A stretch of 63,331 nucleotides of DNA, filler included, from 20 parts of 20 records of this genome joined end to end with filler, not necessarily neighbours in it; one strand, 5' to 3'. Counted from the whole stretch's first letter, positions 25,486 through 37,542 are shown. Notes: generated from the letters alone by a model not told the origin. Numbers and translations: made by a program.

Positions 25486-26529
25486 TTAACGGGTGATCCA
25501 CAACGTGGGCCAGGCGTCTGGCCCATGCCAGTTATCGCAGGTGGGTTCTGCGGCGTAACGCACCAGGCGAAAACGCTGACCGTCAAAGCGCCAGCGCGCC
25601 TGAATGCCACAATCGCTTAATCCGCGCCCTTTCGCTAAGGTCACCAGTTCACGCGATTTCTCATCAAATGTTGCGTTCATCAGTTCCAGTTCATTCGTCT
25701 CCTGACCGTTGTTGAACGGCAAACGCAACCGAACCGGGCGCGAAGCTAGTGGCTTTTTACGCGACACAATCCATGCCAAATCAATGGTGTTATAGGCCCC
25801 TGCCTCACAGCTAATCATCATCAGCGCTTTATCATCAGTCAGCGCAGTGACATTCACCTCACGACGCAATGGATCAAGCGAGCAGCGCAGACCATTCATC
25901 CGCCAGTTTCCATAATCCAGCAAATCGTTGCGTTCTTCGAGTGAGAGTGGCGTCGGCGTTGGGTTAACCACCGCGACCTCTTTCAGCGCAGGCGCGGGCG
26001 GTACGCTGAGCGGCGGTTCGTCCCCTTTCTTGATCCACGCGGTTTCACTGCCAACGCGCTTTTGCTGAGCATCAATAAACAACAACGCTGCTTTTAAGCC
26101 ACTCAGAGAAATGGTCTGATCGCCATCGCGTAAGGTGATTGCCTTCCCTTCCTGAATCATCTGCAAAAACGCGGTGATGGTTGCCGTATCATCGGTTACT
26201 AATAACCATGGTGAAATCCGCCACTTGTCACCACTTAACGCCAACGGCTCGCCATCTAACAGCAGCCGTGGCGCTATCTCCCCTTCTGACGCCTCCGGCG
26301 ACTTCAATCCGCCGCGCTCAATACGTAAAACGGCATCGGTATGCGCCCCGGCGCTGCGGCTCAGGGTCATCACCAGTCCATTATGATCGCCCGTATTACG
26401 CGCCACGCAGAAATTTTGGTTATTACAGGTGACCTGCCAGTCGGAAAACGCCCGTTGCGCTGGTGCCGCCCACACCAAAGACGTCGGCAACAAAGCGAAA
26501 AAAAAGAGAAGGAAAATGCGATAGCGCAT
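25486..26529 (-). CDS. ypfG: DUF1176 exported protein YpfG
   Basis: 347 aa with signal peptide; lies between tktB and nudK. Confidence 0.88.
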   Translation of the reverse strand: MRYRIFLLFFFALLPTSLVWAAPAQRAFSDWQVTCNNQNFCVARNTGDHNGLVMTLSRSAGAHTDAVLRIERGGLKSPEASEGEIAPRLLLDGEPLALSGDKWRISPWLLVTDDTATITAFLQMIQEGKAITLRDGDQTISLSGLKAALLFIDAQQKRVGSETAWIKKGDEPPLSVPPAPALKEVAVVNPTPTPLSLEERNDLLDYGNWRMNGLRCSLDPLRREVNVTALTDDKALMMISCEAGAYNTIDLAWIVSRKKPLASRPVRLRLPFNNGQETNELELMNATFDEKSRELVTLAKGRGLSDCGIQARWRFDGQRFRLVRYAAEPTCDNWHGPDAWPTLWITR

Positions 26530-26654
26530 GGACGGTACGACCCCAGAAGTTCAAACAAACAGCACAAGTCGTATCTTCGTTGCGCAGGTAGCGCGGCTCA
26601 ATCGGATTTGTCGGATTGAGCCAATAATAAACAACGAAATATTATTGTTATTTT

Positions 26655-27230
26655 TCAGTCCATTAAATGTGACGTTTGCAAATAGTTAAGCAATAACACC
26701 GTCTTACCGTCACGTATCTCGCCGGTTTTGATCATCTCCAGCGCCTGGCTGAACGGCAGCTCGAGCACTTCAATATCTTCATCTTCGACACCGCCACCGG
26801 CGTTAGCGCGCTGATTGTCACTGTATTCGGCGATAAAAAAGTGGATTAGCTCAGTCACACCGCCTGGCGACATATACAGTTCAAATAATTTGCGCACTTC
26901 ACCCACTTCATAGCCCGTCTCTTCAATCGCTTCTTTGCGAATACACACTTCCGGTTCGTCGTTATCCAGCAGCCCGGCGCAGCTTTCAATCAGCTGCCCG
27001 CTTTCATTGCCATTAACCCAGGTAGCGACACGGAACTGACGAATCAGAACCACGGTCTTTTTCTTCGTGTTGTACAGGAGGATCGTCGCACCATTGCCGC
27101 GATCGTACACTTCACGTTTATGGCGGATAACTTCGCCGTCTTTGCGCGTGAGATCGTAAGTAATGTTGTGCAGGGTGAAATAGTTATCGGAGAGAATTTT
27201 GTCTTTAATGAGGGTGATTTGTTGCGTCAT
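26655..27230 (-). CDS. nudK: GDP-mannose hydrolase NudK
   Basis: 191 aa from MTQQIT; Nudix box [22 protein letters not shown]. Confidence 0.93.
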   Translation of the reverse strand: MTQQITLIKDKILSDNYFTLHNITYDLTRKDGEVIRHKREVYDRGNGATILLYNTKKKTVVLIRQFRVATWVNGNESGQLIESCAGLLDNDEPEVCIRKEAIEETGYEVGEVRKLFELYMSPGGVTELIHFFIAEYSDNQRANAGGGVEDEDIEVLELPFSQALEMIKTGEIRDGKTVLLLNYLQTSHLMD

Positions 27231-27297
27231 ACCGACTCCACAGCGCGAAATGAACAATTATCTTACGCTGTGAAGTCGGGTTTGTCTGCGCAGGCTA

Positions 27298-29277
27298 TCA
27301 GTGAGATTTGACTGATTTTACCCCCAGCCAGTCAATAATCCCCTGTGCCGCATGACGTCCTTCTGCCATTGCGGTAACCACCAGATCCGCACCACGCACG
27401 GCGTCACCACCAGCGAAGATTTTCGGATTGGTGGTCTGGTAACGGTACTGGCTTTCCACATCCGCGATGATGCGGCCCCATTTGTCTACCGTTACACCGT
27501 GCGACTCCAGCCACGGCATCCCGTGCGGATTGAAGCCAAACGCCATAATCACCGCGTCGGCTGGCATGACAAATTCACTGCCTTCCACCGGCACTGGACG
27601 CCGACGCCCCTGGGCATCCGGCTCTCCAAGACGCGTGCGCAGGAAACGAATCCCGCAGACGTGACCTTGTTCATTCAGCTCAAGCGCCACCGGCTGGACG
27701 TTAAATTCGAAGTTGGCCCCCTCTTCGCGGGCGTTCTTCACTTCTTTCTTCGAGCCTGGCATGTTAGCTTCATCACGACGATAAGCGCAGGTGACGTTAC
27801 TCGCGCCGTGGCGCAGTGCGGTACGCACACAGTCCATCGCGGTGTCGCCGCCGCCCAGTACCACGACGTTAAGTCCGGCGGTATTGATAAACGGCTCTTC
27901 CGGTAGCTCTTCGAGCCCCATCACCTGTTTAGTGTTGGCAATGAGGAACGGCAGCGCGTCATAAACGCCCGGCGCATCTTCATTGGGTAAACCCGCTTTC
28001 ATGGAACGGTAAGTGCCTACGCCAACGAAGACCGCGTCGTATTGTTCCAAAAGCGAATCCAAAGAGACATCTTTACCCACTTCACAATTGAGTTCGAAGT
28101 GAATCCCCATCGCGCTGAAGATTTCCCGACGGCGTGCCAGCAGGGATTTATCCAGTTTGAAAGAAGGAATGCCGAAAGTGAGCAAGCCACCGATTTCTGG
28201 ATGGCGATCGTACACCGTCACCCCCACGCCATTGCGGGTCAGAACATCCGCACAGGCCAGCCCTGCCGGACCTGCACCGATAATCGCCACCCGCTTGTCC
28301 ACTTTGGTGACATGGCTTAAGTCAGGACGCCAACCTTTCGCCAACGCCTGATCTGAAATGTAGCGTTCAATGTTGCCGATAGTTACCGCGCCGTGCTCAT
28401 CGCGAATAGTACAGGCACCTTCACACAAACGGTCTTGCGGACAAACGCGTCCGGTAATTTCCGGCAGGGTGTTGGTCTGGTGAGAAAGCTCGACGGCGGC
28501 GTCGATGTTTCCGGCTTTCACCAGTTCAATCCACTGCGGTATATGGTTATGCAGCGGGCAGGTCCATTCACAAACGCTGTGCTCGCCGCACTTAAGGCAG
28601 CGCGAGGCTTCCCGTTGTGCCTGGTCGGCGCGAAATGGCAGATAAATTTCATCAAAACCGGTTTTGCGCGCTTCAATCGCCAGTTTATCCGGCTCGCCAC
28701 GCGCGGGCGTTGCCTGCATTTGTTCGACTTTACTCATTACCGGCATTTCTTGCGCCGCGGTACTGGCATGCCACGGTTGATGTTCCTGACGCGCGGTGCG
28801 CAAGCGGCGGGATTTCGCCATGCCGGAGAGTGCGACGTCAGTGACCAGTTGCAGCGCGTCCGCCGGGCAATTCTCAACACAGGCAGGACCGTTTTCGCGC
28901 CCCGCACAAAGGTCGCATTTATGCGCCGTGGCTTTTACTTTTCCTGCCGCGACGGGTGTCAGGACGATTTGCATCGTACCAAAAGGACAGGCCACCACGC
29001 AGGATTTACAGCCAATACACTTTTGCTGATTGACCTGAATGCTGTCATCAACGTGGCTGATTGCGCCATTAGGGCAGCTACGGGCGCAGGGCGCATCTTC
29101 ACAATGGTGACAGGTCACTGCACTACGTTGCTGTTGATGTTTGATAACCGTAATTCGGGGATGAAAATGGTGTTGGCTCAGGACATGTTGCTCATCATTG
29201 TGAGCCATGACACAGGCGATTTCACAAGCATGACAACCCAGACATTGCTGACTGTTGGCCATAATAAAACGATTCAT
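27298..29277 (-). CDS. aegA: Fe-S/FAD oxidoreductase AegA (ferredoxin domain fused to GltD-like domain)
   Basis: 659 aa; N-terminal CxxCxxC ferredoxin motifs, GAGPAG and GGGDTAMDC. Confidence 0.93.
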   Translation of the reverse strand: MNRFIMANSQQCLGCHACEIACVMAHNDEQHVLSQHHFHPRITVIKHQQQRSAVTCHHCEDAPCARSCPNGAISHVDDSIQVNQQKCIGCKSCVVACPFGTMQIVLTPVAAGKVKATAHKCDLCAGRENGPACVENCPADALQLVTDVALSGMAKSRRLRTARQEHQPWHASTAAQEMPVMSKVEQMQATPARGEPDKLAIEARKTGFDEIYLPFRADQAQREASRCLKCGEHSVCEWTCPLHNHIPQWIELVKAGNIDAAVELSHQTNTLPEITGRVCPQDRLCEGACTIRDEHGAVTIGNIERYISDQALAKGWRPDLSHVTKVDKRVAIIGAGPAGLACADVLTRNGVGVTVYDRHPEIGGLLTFGIPSFKLDKSLLARRREIFSAMGIHFELNCEVGKDVSLDSLLEQYDAVFVGVGTYRSMKAGLPNEDAPGVYDALPFLIANTKQVMGLEELPEEPFINTAGLNVVVLGGGDTAMDCVRTALRHGASNVTCAYRRDEANMPGSKKEVKNAREEGANFEFNVQPVALELNEQGHVCGIRFLRTRLGEPDAQGRRRPVPVEGSEFVMPADAVIMAFGFNPHGMPWLESHGVTVDKWGRIIADVESQYRYQTTNPKIFAGGDAVRGADLVVTAMAEGRHAAQGIIDWLGVKSVKSH

Positions 29278-29481
29278 AACGACCTTCTTTTTGGTTGTAA
29301 AAACCTTATTCTTTATATGAGTGTTGTTATTACCCGACTTACAGGGGAATCGGCAATGTTCATGTGCCCAGAATAAGTAACTATTTCGCTATAAACTGTG
29401 GCAGATCAAATAATCCCATCACTGACTAAATTGCGTTTCAGCGAACTGGAACATTAATGATTTTTTGTGGAGAAGACGCGT

Positions 29482-29500
29482 GTGATTGTTAAACGACCCG
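29482..29500 (+). CDS. narQ: First codons of the nitrate/nitrite sensor NarQ
   Basis: GGAG RBS followed by GTG ATT GTT AAA CGA CCC (MIVKRP); divergent from aegA as in E. coli. Confidence 0.6.
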
Positions 29501-29600
29501 NNNNNNNNNNNNNNNNNNNNNNNNNNNNNNNNNNNNNNNNNNNNTTAATTAATTAANNNNNNNNNNNNNNNNNNNNNNNNNNNNNNNNNNNNNNNNNNNN

Positions 29601-29737
29601 AATAAATCGAGGCCAATGTTTGCCAGTGCGAGATCGATTTCCAGTTCCGGTGCGTGACCGCACCATTCACCCAACCGCTGGGAGAGCACCAGGCAGTTAT
29701 CGCCCAGGCGCAAGGTGTAAGCCGTTAACTGATTCAT
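29601..29737 (-). CDS. paaC: Phenylacetyl-CoA epoxidase subunit PaaC (3' truncated)
   Basis: MNQLTAYTLRLGDNCLVLSQRLGEWCGHAPELEID. Confidence 0.92.
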
Positions 29738-29745
29738 TTCCGACC

Positions 29746-30033
29746 TCACATGTGCTCAATGCCATCAGGGATGGTGTAAAACGTTGGATGGCGATAGACC
29801 TTGCTTTCAGCCGGATCAAAAAATTCACCGCGTTCTTCCGGTTGCGAGGCAACAATTTCACTCGCCTTCACCACCCAAATTGAACATCCTTCGCTACGAC
29901 GGGTGTAAGCATCACGGGCATTTTCCAGTGCCATCCGCTCATCGGCAGCATGTAAACTGCCAACATGGCGGTGTGATAAGCCCTGTTTGCCACGCACGAA
30001 AACTTCGTATAACGGCCAGTAAACATTACTCAT
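29746..30033 (-). CDS. paaB: Phenylacetyl-CoA epoxidase subunit PaaB
   Basis: 95 aa; WPLYEVFVR...HVGSLHA. Confidence 0.95.
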   Translation of the reverse strand: MSNVYWPLYEVFVRGKQGLSHRHVGSLHAADERMALENARDAYTRRSEGCSIWVVKASEIVASQPEERGEFFDPAESKVYRHPTFYTIPDGIEHM

Positions 30034-30044
30034 TTTGAATCTCC

Positions 30045-30974
30045 TTATGCGACCTTACGGGCATGTTGTTTTTGTGCATGGGCCAGCGCTGCTTCCCGTA
30101 CCCAGGTACCTTCTTCCCAGGCTTTACGTTTGGCGTCGAGCCTCTCCTGATTACAAATTCCGCGACCGTTAATTACTTCGTTAAACTCCTGCCAGTCGAT
30201 CTCACCAAAGCGGTAGTGACCGCTTTCAGTGTCAAAATGCAGATCCGGGTCAGGAACGGTCATACCGAGCATTTCAACCTGTGGAACGGTGTTATCCACG
30301 AAACGCTGGCGGAGTTCGTCGTTGGTGAAACGTTTGATTTTCCAGGTGAGACTTCTGGCGCTGTTTGGCGAGTTATCATCGTTTGGCCCGAACATCATTA
30401 AGGCTGGCCACCAGAAACGGTTAATGGCGTCTTGCAACATCTGCTTTTGAGCTTCGCTGCCCCTGCGCCAGTGCCATGCAGGCTTCAAACCCCTGACGCT
30501 GGTGAAAACTCTCTTCTTTGCAGATTTTCACCATTGCTCTGGCATACGGGCCATAAGAAGTGCGGCATAACGCCACCTGATTGACGATCGCTGCGCCATC
30601 CACCAGCCAGCCGATAACACCGATATCAGCCCAACTCAATGTCGGATAATTAAAGATGGAGGAATATTTCATCCGTCCGTCGAGCATTTTTGGTAGATGT
30701 CTTCTCTGGCGCAGCCCAGTGTTTCGGCGGCGCTATAGAGATACAGACCATGACCGGCTTCATCCTGCACTTTGGCCAACAGAATGGCTTTACGCCGCAA
30801 GGTTGGTGCGCGAGTGATCCAGTTACCTTCAGGCAACATACCAACAATCTCGGAGTGCGCATGCTGCCCAATCTGGCGGATCAATGTCTTTCGGTAAGCA
30901 TCGGGCATTCAGTCCTGTGGCTCGATAGCCGTTTCCTGGGCTATCCGTTGCTCAAAGCGTTCTTCTTGGGTCAC
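30045..30974 (-). pseudogene. paaA: Phenylacetyl-CoA epoxidase subunit PaaA, interrupted as assembled (TGA at 30909-30911, frameshifts near 30687-30691 and 30460-30463)
   Basis: PaaA peptide is split over ORFs 30669-30908, 30421-30687 and 30045-30488; GTG start at 30974; may be sequencing error. Confidence 0.8.
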
Positions 30975-31014
30975 GTCATCACCTTTACGATTCCAGTTTT
31001 CGTGAATTAATTAA

Positions 31015-31215
31015 AAACACGAATCACATTGTTTTATGAAAGTTACACAATAGTTAAGTAAAATCACAAATTTTGTATGTTTGAACTGTGACGGATTTCG
31101 CACCCTATTTTTATAAATCATTATTTATCAGTGCATTAATGTTTTCCGCAGTTGCTATACAGATCGCATAGTTAACATTTCGTTAAAAGATCCTTTGCTT
31201 TTTATGATTCGCGAT
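31015..31215. promoter_or_regulatory. Divergent paaA/paaZ promoter region with two PaaX-operator-like motifs
   Basis: ATGTGATTCGTGTT on the minus strand (~31015-31029) and TATGATTCGCGAT on the plus strand (~31203-31215). Confidence 0.6.
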
Positions 31216-31258
31216 TTAACTATTAGCAACAGAAATGTGAAACATCTGGAGAGTAGCG

Positions 31259-31934
31259 ATGCAGCAGTTAGCCAGTTTCTTATCCGGTACCTGGCAGTCT
31301 GGCCGGGGCCGTAGCCGTTTGATTCACCACGCTATTAGCGGCGAGGCGTTATGGGAAGTGACCAGTGAAGGTCTTGATATGGCGGCTGCCCGCCAGTTTG
31401 CCATTGAAAAAGGTGCCCCCGCCCTTCGCGCTATGACCTTTATCGAACGTGCGGCGATGCTTAAAGCGGTCGCTAAACATCTGCTGAGTGAAAAAGAGCG
31501 TTTCTATGCTCTTTCTGCGCAAACAGGCGCAACGCGGGCAGACAGTTGGGTTGATATTGAAGGTGGCATTGGGACGTTATTTACTTACGCCAGCCTCGGT
31601 AGCCGGGAGCTGCCTGACGATACGCTGTGGCCGGAAGATGAATTGATCCCCTTATCGAAAGAAGGTGGATTTGCCGCGCGCCATTTACTGACCTCAAAGT
31701 CAGGCGTGGCAGTGCATATTAACGCCTTTAACTTCCCCTGCTGGGGAATGCTGGAAAAGCTGGCACCAACGTGGCTGGGCGGAATGCCAGCCATCATCAA
31801 ACCAGCTACCGCGACGGCCCAACTGACTCAGGCGATGGTGAAATCAATTGTCGATAGTGGTCTTGTTCCCGAAGGCGCAATTAGTCTGATCTGCGGTAGT
31901 GCTGGCGACTTGTTGGATCATCTGGACAGCCAGG
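31259..31934 (+). CDS. paaZ: Oxepin-CoA hydrolase/aldehyde dehydrogenase PaaZ (3' truncated)
   Basis: [17 protein letters not shown] motif INAFNFP. Confidence 0.94.
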
Positions 31935-32034
31935 NNNNNNNNNNNNNNNNNNNNNNNNNNNNNNNNNNNNNNNNNNNNTTAATTAATTAANNNNNNNNNN
32001 NNNNNNNNNNNNNNNNNNNNNNNNNNNNNNNNNN

Positions 32035-34392
32035 GGGCTCAACACCTTTGTGAAACTTAACCCGACCTTACTGGGGTACGCGCGTGTTCGTGAGATCCTC
32101 GATGTCTGCGGTTTCGGTTACATAGGCTTAAAAGAAGAGTCATTTGATCACGACCTCAAGCTGACGCAAGCACTGGAAATGCTGGAACGCCTGATGGCAC
32201 TGGCAAAAGAAAAATCACTCGGCTTTGGCGTAAAACTGACTAACACTCTCGGCACCATCAACAATAAAGGCGCACTGCCTGGTGAAGAGATGTATATGTC
32301 AGGCCGTGCGCTGTTCCCGCTCTCCATCAATGTTGCAGCAGTTCTCTCTCGCGCCTTTGACGGCAAACTGCCCATTTCTTATTCCGGTGGTGCCAGTCAG
32401 CTGACTATCCGCGATATTTTTGATACAGGTATTCGCCCTATTACTATGGCAACCGACCTGCTGAAACCTGGCGGCTATCTGCGCTTAAGTGCCTGCATGC
32501 GCGAGCTGGAAGGCTCCGACGCCTGGGGACTTGACCATGTTGACGTCGAACGACTGAACAGACTGGCAGCAGATGCGTTAACCATGGAATACACCCAGAA
32601 ACACTGGAAGCCAGAAGAGCGTATTGAAGTGGCAGAAGACCTGCCGCTGACCGACTGCTACGTTGCCCCCTGTGTTACTGCCTGCGCTATCAAGCAAGAT
32701 ATTCCGGAATACATCCGTCTGCTTGGCGAACACCGCTATGCCGACGCGCTGGAACTCATCTACCAACGCAACGCTCTGCCCGCCATTACCGGTCATATTT
32801 GCGATCACCAGTGCCAATACAACTGTACCCGCCTGGATTACGACAGTGCGCTGAATATCCGCGAACTGAAAAAAGTCGCGCTGGAAAAAGGTTGGGATGA
32901 ATATAAGCAACGCTGGCACAAACCAGCCGGTTCTGGTTCACGCCATCCGGTTGCCGTGATTGGTGCAGGTCCGGCGGGTCTGGCAGCAGGTTACTTCCTT
33001 GCCAGAGCGGGCCATCCGGTTACGCTGTTTGAACGCGAAGCCAATGCGGGCGGCGTGGTGAAAAATATCATTCCTCAGTTCCGTATTCCTGCAGAGTTAA
33101 TTCAGCACGATATCGATTTTGTTGCCGCTCACGGCGTGAAATTTGAGTATGGCTGCTCACCCGATTTAACCATTGAGCAGTTAAAAAATCAGGGCTTCCA
33201 CTATGTTCTGATTGCCACCGGCACTGATAAAAATAGCGGTGTGAAACTGGCGGGCGACAACCAAAATGTCTGGAAATCACTCCCCTTCCTGCGTGAATAC
33301 AACAAGGGTACAGCGCTCAAGCTGGGCAAACATGTGGTCGTTGTCGGGGCGGGTAACACCGCAATGGACTGCGCTCGTGCGGCGTTACGCGTTCCAGGCG
33401 TAGAAAAAGCAACGATCGTTTACCGTCGTTCACTACAAGAGATGCCCGCATGGCGCGAAGAGTATGAAGAAGCGTTGCACGACGGCGTAGAGTTCCGTTT
33501 CCTGAATAATCCGGAACGTTTCGATGCTGATGGCACCTTAACCTTGCGCGTTATGTCGCTTGGCGAACCGGATGAGAAAGGTCGTCGTCGTCCGGTTGAA
33601 ACCAATGAAACAGTAACACTGCTTGTAGACAGCCTGATCACCGCCATTGGTGAACAGCAGGATACTGAAGCCCTGAATGCGATGGGCGTGCCGCTGGACA
33701 AAAACGGCTGGCCAGACGTCGACCATAATGGCGAAACTCGTCTGACTGACGTCTTTATGATCGGCGACGTACAGCGCGGACCATCCTCCATTGTCGCTGC
33801 TGTCGGAACCGCGCGTCGGGCGACCGATGCCATCCTTAGTCGGGAAAATATCCGTTCCCACCAGAACGATAAATACTGGAACAACGTCAATCCAGCGGAA
33901 ATCTATCAACGTAAAGGCGATATCTCTATCACGCTGGTGAACAGTGACGATCGTGACGCGTTTGTCGCCCAGGAAGCCGCTCGCTGCCTCGAATGTAACT
34001 ACGTTTGCAGCAAGTGTGTGGATGTCTGCCCGAACCGCGCCAACGTCTCCATTGCGGTCCCAGGCTTCCAGAACCGTTTCCAGACGCTGCACCTCGACGC
34101 TTACTGTAACGAATGCGGCAACTGCGCTCAGTTCTGTCCGTGGAACGGTAAACCGTACAAAGACAAAATCACCGTCTTCAGCCTGGCGCAAGACTTTGAT
34201 AACAGCAGCAACCCAGGCTTCCTTGTGGAAGATTGCCGGGTACGAGTACGTCTGAATAACCAAAGCTGGGTGTTAAACATCGACAGCAAAGGTCAGTTTA
34301 ACAACGTACCACCGGAGCTGAACGATATGTGCCGCATCATCAGCCATGTCCACCAGCATCATCATTATCTGCTGGGCCGCGTGGAGGTGTAA
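32035..34392 (+). CDS. ygfK: Putative oxidoreductase Fe-S/FAD subunit YgfK (5' truncated)
   Basis: GAGPAG, GAGNTAMDC and C-terminal ferredoxin CxxCxxC motifs; followed by ssnA. Confidence 0.92.
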   Translation, partial: GLNTFVKLNPTLLGYARVREILDVCGFGYIGLKEESFDHDLKLTQALEMLERLMALAKEKSLGFGVKLTNTLGTINNKGALPGEEMYMSGRALFPLSINVAAVLSRAFDGKLPISYSGGASQLTIRDIFDTGIRPITMATDLLKPGGYLRLSACMRELEGSDAWGLDHVDVERLNRLAADALTMEYTQKHWKPEERIEVAEDLPLTDCYVAPCVTACAIKQDIPEYIRLLGEHRYADALELIYQRNALPAITGHICDHQCQYNCTRLDYDSALNIRELKKVALEKGWDEYKQRWHKPAGSGSRHPVAVIGAGPAGLAAGYFLARAGHPVTLFEREANAGGVVKNIIPQFRIPAELIQHDIDFVAAHGVKFEYGCSPDLTIEQLKNQGFHYVLIATGTDKNSGVKLAGDNQNVWKSLPFLREYNKGTALKLGKHVVVVGAGNTAMDCARAALRVPGVEKATIVYRRSLQEMPAWREEYEEALHDGVEFRFLNNPERFDADGTLTLRVMSLGEPDEKGRRRPVETNETVTLLVDSLITAIGEQQDTEALNAMGVPLDKNGWPDVDHNGETRLTDVFMIGDVQRGPSSIVAAVGTARRATDAILSRENIRSHQNDKYWNNVNPAEIYQRKGDISITLVNSDDRDAFVAQEAARCLECNYVCSKCVDVCPNRANVSIAVPGFQNRFQTLHLDAYCNECGNCAQFCPWNGKPYKDKITVFSLAQDFDNSSNPGFLVEDCRVRVRLNNQSWVLNIDSKGQFNNVPPELNDMCRIISHVHQHHHYLLGRVEV

Positions 34393-34394
34393 TC

Positions 34395-34830
34395 ATGTTG
34401 ATTCTGAAGAATGTCACTGCGGTACAGCTACACCCGGCAAAAGTGCAGGAAGGCGTTGATATCGCCATCGAAAACGATGTGATTGTCGCTATCGGCGATG
34501 CCCTGACGCAACGCTACCCCGACGCCAGCTTCAAAGAGATGCATGGCCGGATTGTGATGCCAGGGATTGTCTGCTCGCACAACCATTTTTACTCGGGGCT
34601 TTCCCGCGGAATTATGGCAAACATCGCCCCTTGCCCGGATTTCATCTCAACGCTGAAAAATCTCTGGTGGCGGCTCGATCGCGCCCTTGATGAAGAGTCG
34701 CTCTATTACAGCGGACTGATTTGTTCCCTGGAAGCGATTAAGAGCGGATGTACATCGGTTATCGATCACCATGCCTCTCCGGCGTATATCGGCGGGTCGC
34801 TCTCCACATTGCGCGACGCATTTTTAAAAA
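34395..34830 (+). CDS. ssnA: Amidohydrolase SsnA (3' truncated)
   Basis: MLILKNVTAV; PGIVCSHNH metal-binding motif. Confidence 0.92.
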
Positions 34831-35013
34831 NNNNNNNNNNNNNNNNNNNNNNNNNNNNNNNNNNNNNNNNNNNNTTAATTAATTAANNNNNNNNNNNNNN
34901 NNNNNNNNNNNNNNNNNNNNNNNNNNNNNNGCTAAGAAAATTGTTGCGCATTATAGCTAATAAGCGCGTCATGTCATAAAGTTGAGGGCTTATTTTCATT
35001 TGAGGACCGCACC

Positions 35014-36123
35014 GTGGCGACATTAATCCGGCTTTTTATTCATCCTGTTAAATCGATGCGCGGCATTGGTCTTACACATGCTCTGGCAGATGTCAGTGGT
35101 CTGGCCTTCGATCGCATCTTTATGATCACGGAACCTGACGGTACGTTTATTACCGCTCGCCAGTTTCCCCAGATGGTACGGTTTACTCCTTCACCTGTGC
35201 ATGATGGCTTGCATCTCACCGCACCAGATGGCAGTAGCGCATATGTTCGTTTTGCTGATTTCGCCACACAAGACGCACCAACCGAAGTTTGGGGCACACA
35301 TTTTACCGCGCGAATTGCGCCAGACGCGATCAACAAATGGCTAAGTGGATTTTTCTCCCGCGAAGTGCAATTACGCTGGGTGGGGCCACAAATGACCCGG
35401 CGCGTGAAACGCCACAACACTGTACCTCTGTCATTTGCTGATGGCTATCCTTACCTTCTTGCTAACGAAGCCTCGTTACGTGATCTCCAACAACGTTGTC
35501 CGGCCAGTGTAAAAATGGAGCAATTCCGCCCCAATCTGGTGGTTTCCGGCGCGTCAGCCTGGGAAGAAGATCGCTGGAAAGTGATTCGCATTGGTGATGT
35601 GGTGTTTGATGTGGTTAAACCTTGTAGCCGCTGTATTTTCACCACCGTCAGCCCAGAAAAAGGGCAAAAACATCCGGCAGGCGAACCATTAAAAACATTG
35701 CAATCTTTCCGCACTGCCCAGGATAACGGCGATGTCGATTTTGGTCAGAATTTAATTGCCCGTAATAGCGGCGTGATTCGCGTTGGCGATGAGGTGGAAA
35801 TTCTGGCAACGGCTCCGGCAAAAATTTACGGCGCAGCTGCCGCTGATGATACCGCCAACATCACGCAACAACCGGACGCAAATGTAGATATTGACTGGCA
35901 GGGACAGGCATTTCGTGGAAATAACCAACAGGTGTTGCTGGAGCAATTAGAAAATCAGGGAATTCGTATCCCTTATTCTTGCCGCGCGGGCATTTGTGGA
36001 AGTTGCCGTGTTCAGCTTTTAGAAGGCGAAGTCACGCCGCTGAAAAAATCAGCAATGGGCGATGATGGCACCATTCTTTGCTGTAGCTGTGTACCGAAGA
36101 CTGCACTTAAGTTGGCGCGTTAG
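35014..36123 (+). CDS. ycbX: MOSC-domain/2Fe-2S protein YcbX (6-N-hydroxylaminopurine resistance)
   Basis: 369 aa; HPVKS, FRPN, CSRC and C-terminal CRAGICGSC ferredoxin. Confidence 0.94.
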
Positions 36124-36662
36124 ACTGCCTGTTCGAGGCTGAAGCTGTCAACATTAACCTGCGGTTTCAGCCTGTCGTTCATGATTTTAATGGCGTCGCC
36201 CAACTGCATCGCGCGACCCGCAATAACAACGCAGGGTTGTGCCAGCAGGCATAGTGCGGCATTTTCGCCAGATTCAACGACCAGCAAATTGACCTGCTCG
36301 TGAGTATCGCTCAACCAAACGCAGGCCGCATCGCCCGGCATGGGCACCCACATTTCACCATGGGAAACAAAATGCCAGCTTTTCGGCATTTGCGGTTTGA
36401 GATAGCGAATTGCTACCAGTGCATTCAGCACCAGTTCGGCTTTTTGTTCTTTAGATAAATTAAAATCGCGGCACTTTTCTTCAAAAGAGAAATAGAGCGC
36501 GGCGTCGTCAACGCAAAAGCCTGCGGGAGAAAAGGCATCTGGAGTCAACATCTTGCGCGCAAAACGTGAGCGAAATAGCATACCATTGGCTAAATCGAGC
36601 ATCATTCGATCGTGCTCTTCATCGTAATACCAACGCCAGTTATCGTCTGGTTTAATTCGCAT
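36120..36662 (-). CDS. zapC: Cell division protein ZapC
   Basis: 180 aa from [21 protein letters not shown]. Confidence 0.92.
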
Positions 36663-36835
36663 CTGCCTCTCCCCTACCCTATAAAACCGCAGCAACACAA
36701 TCCATTGTCGCTTCGCTTAATAACCTCAACAATAAAAGTACAAAATGTCTAAATAAGCAACAGCGATGAATATAAAACAACCAGGGCTGAAAATAAAGCC
36801 CTGATTATCTTATAAAGAGGAATTCGAAGAAATAA

Positions 36836-37542
36836 TTAGATATGGGTAACGATTTCTTTAATCAGCGGCGGACCTTTAAAAATAAAACCAGAATAAATTT
36901 GCACCAGTGAGGCACCCGCAGCAATCTTTTCACGCGCAGCGATAACCGAGTCGATGCCGCCAACACCGATGATCGGTAAGCGACCGTTTAATTCCAGTGA
37001 CAAGCGGCGAATAATTTCGGTGCTTTTTAACTGAAGCGGACGACCACTTAAGCCACCGGTTTGATCGCAATTTTTCATTCCCTGAACAAGAGAACGATCG
37101 AGTGTGGTATTGGTTGCAATAACGCCATCAATATTATGGCGAACTAAACTATCGGCAACCTGGATCAATTCTTCTTCAGAAAGATCCGGCGCGATCTTCA
37201 CTGCGATCGGCACATATTTATGGTGCATCGCTTGCAAATCATTTTGCTTATTTTTAATCGCGGTTAAGAGATCATCCAGCGCTTCACCATATTGCAGCGT
37301 GCGTAATCCTGGGGTATTCGGCGATGAAATATTGATGGCGATATATCCCGCATAGGCATAGATTTTTTCCATACAAATCAGATAGTCATCTTTGCCCTGC
37401 TCCACTGGCGTATCTTTATTTTTGCCGATGTTAATACCCAGGACGCCGTCATAATGGGCCTTTTTTACGTTCTCTACGAGGTTATCAACGCCAAGATTAT
37501 TAAAGCCCATACGGTTGATCAAACCTTCGGCATCTACCAGAC
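36836..37542 (-). CDS. pyrD: Quinone-dependent dihydroorotate dehydrogenase (5' truncated)
   Basis: [18 protein letters not shown] and GGLSG motifs. Confidence 0.95.
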
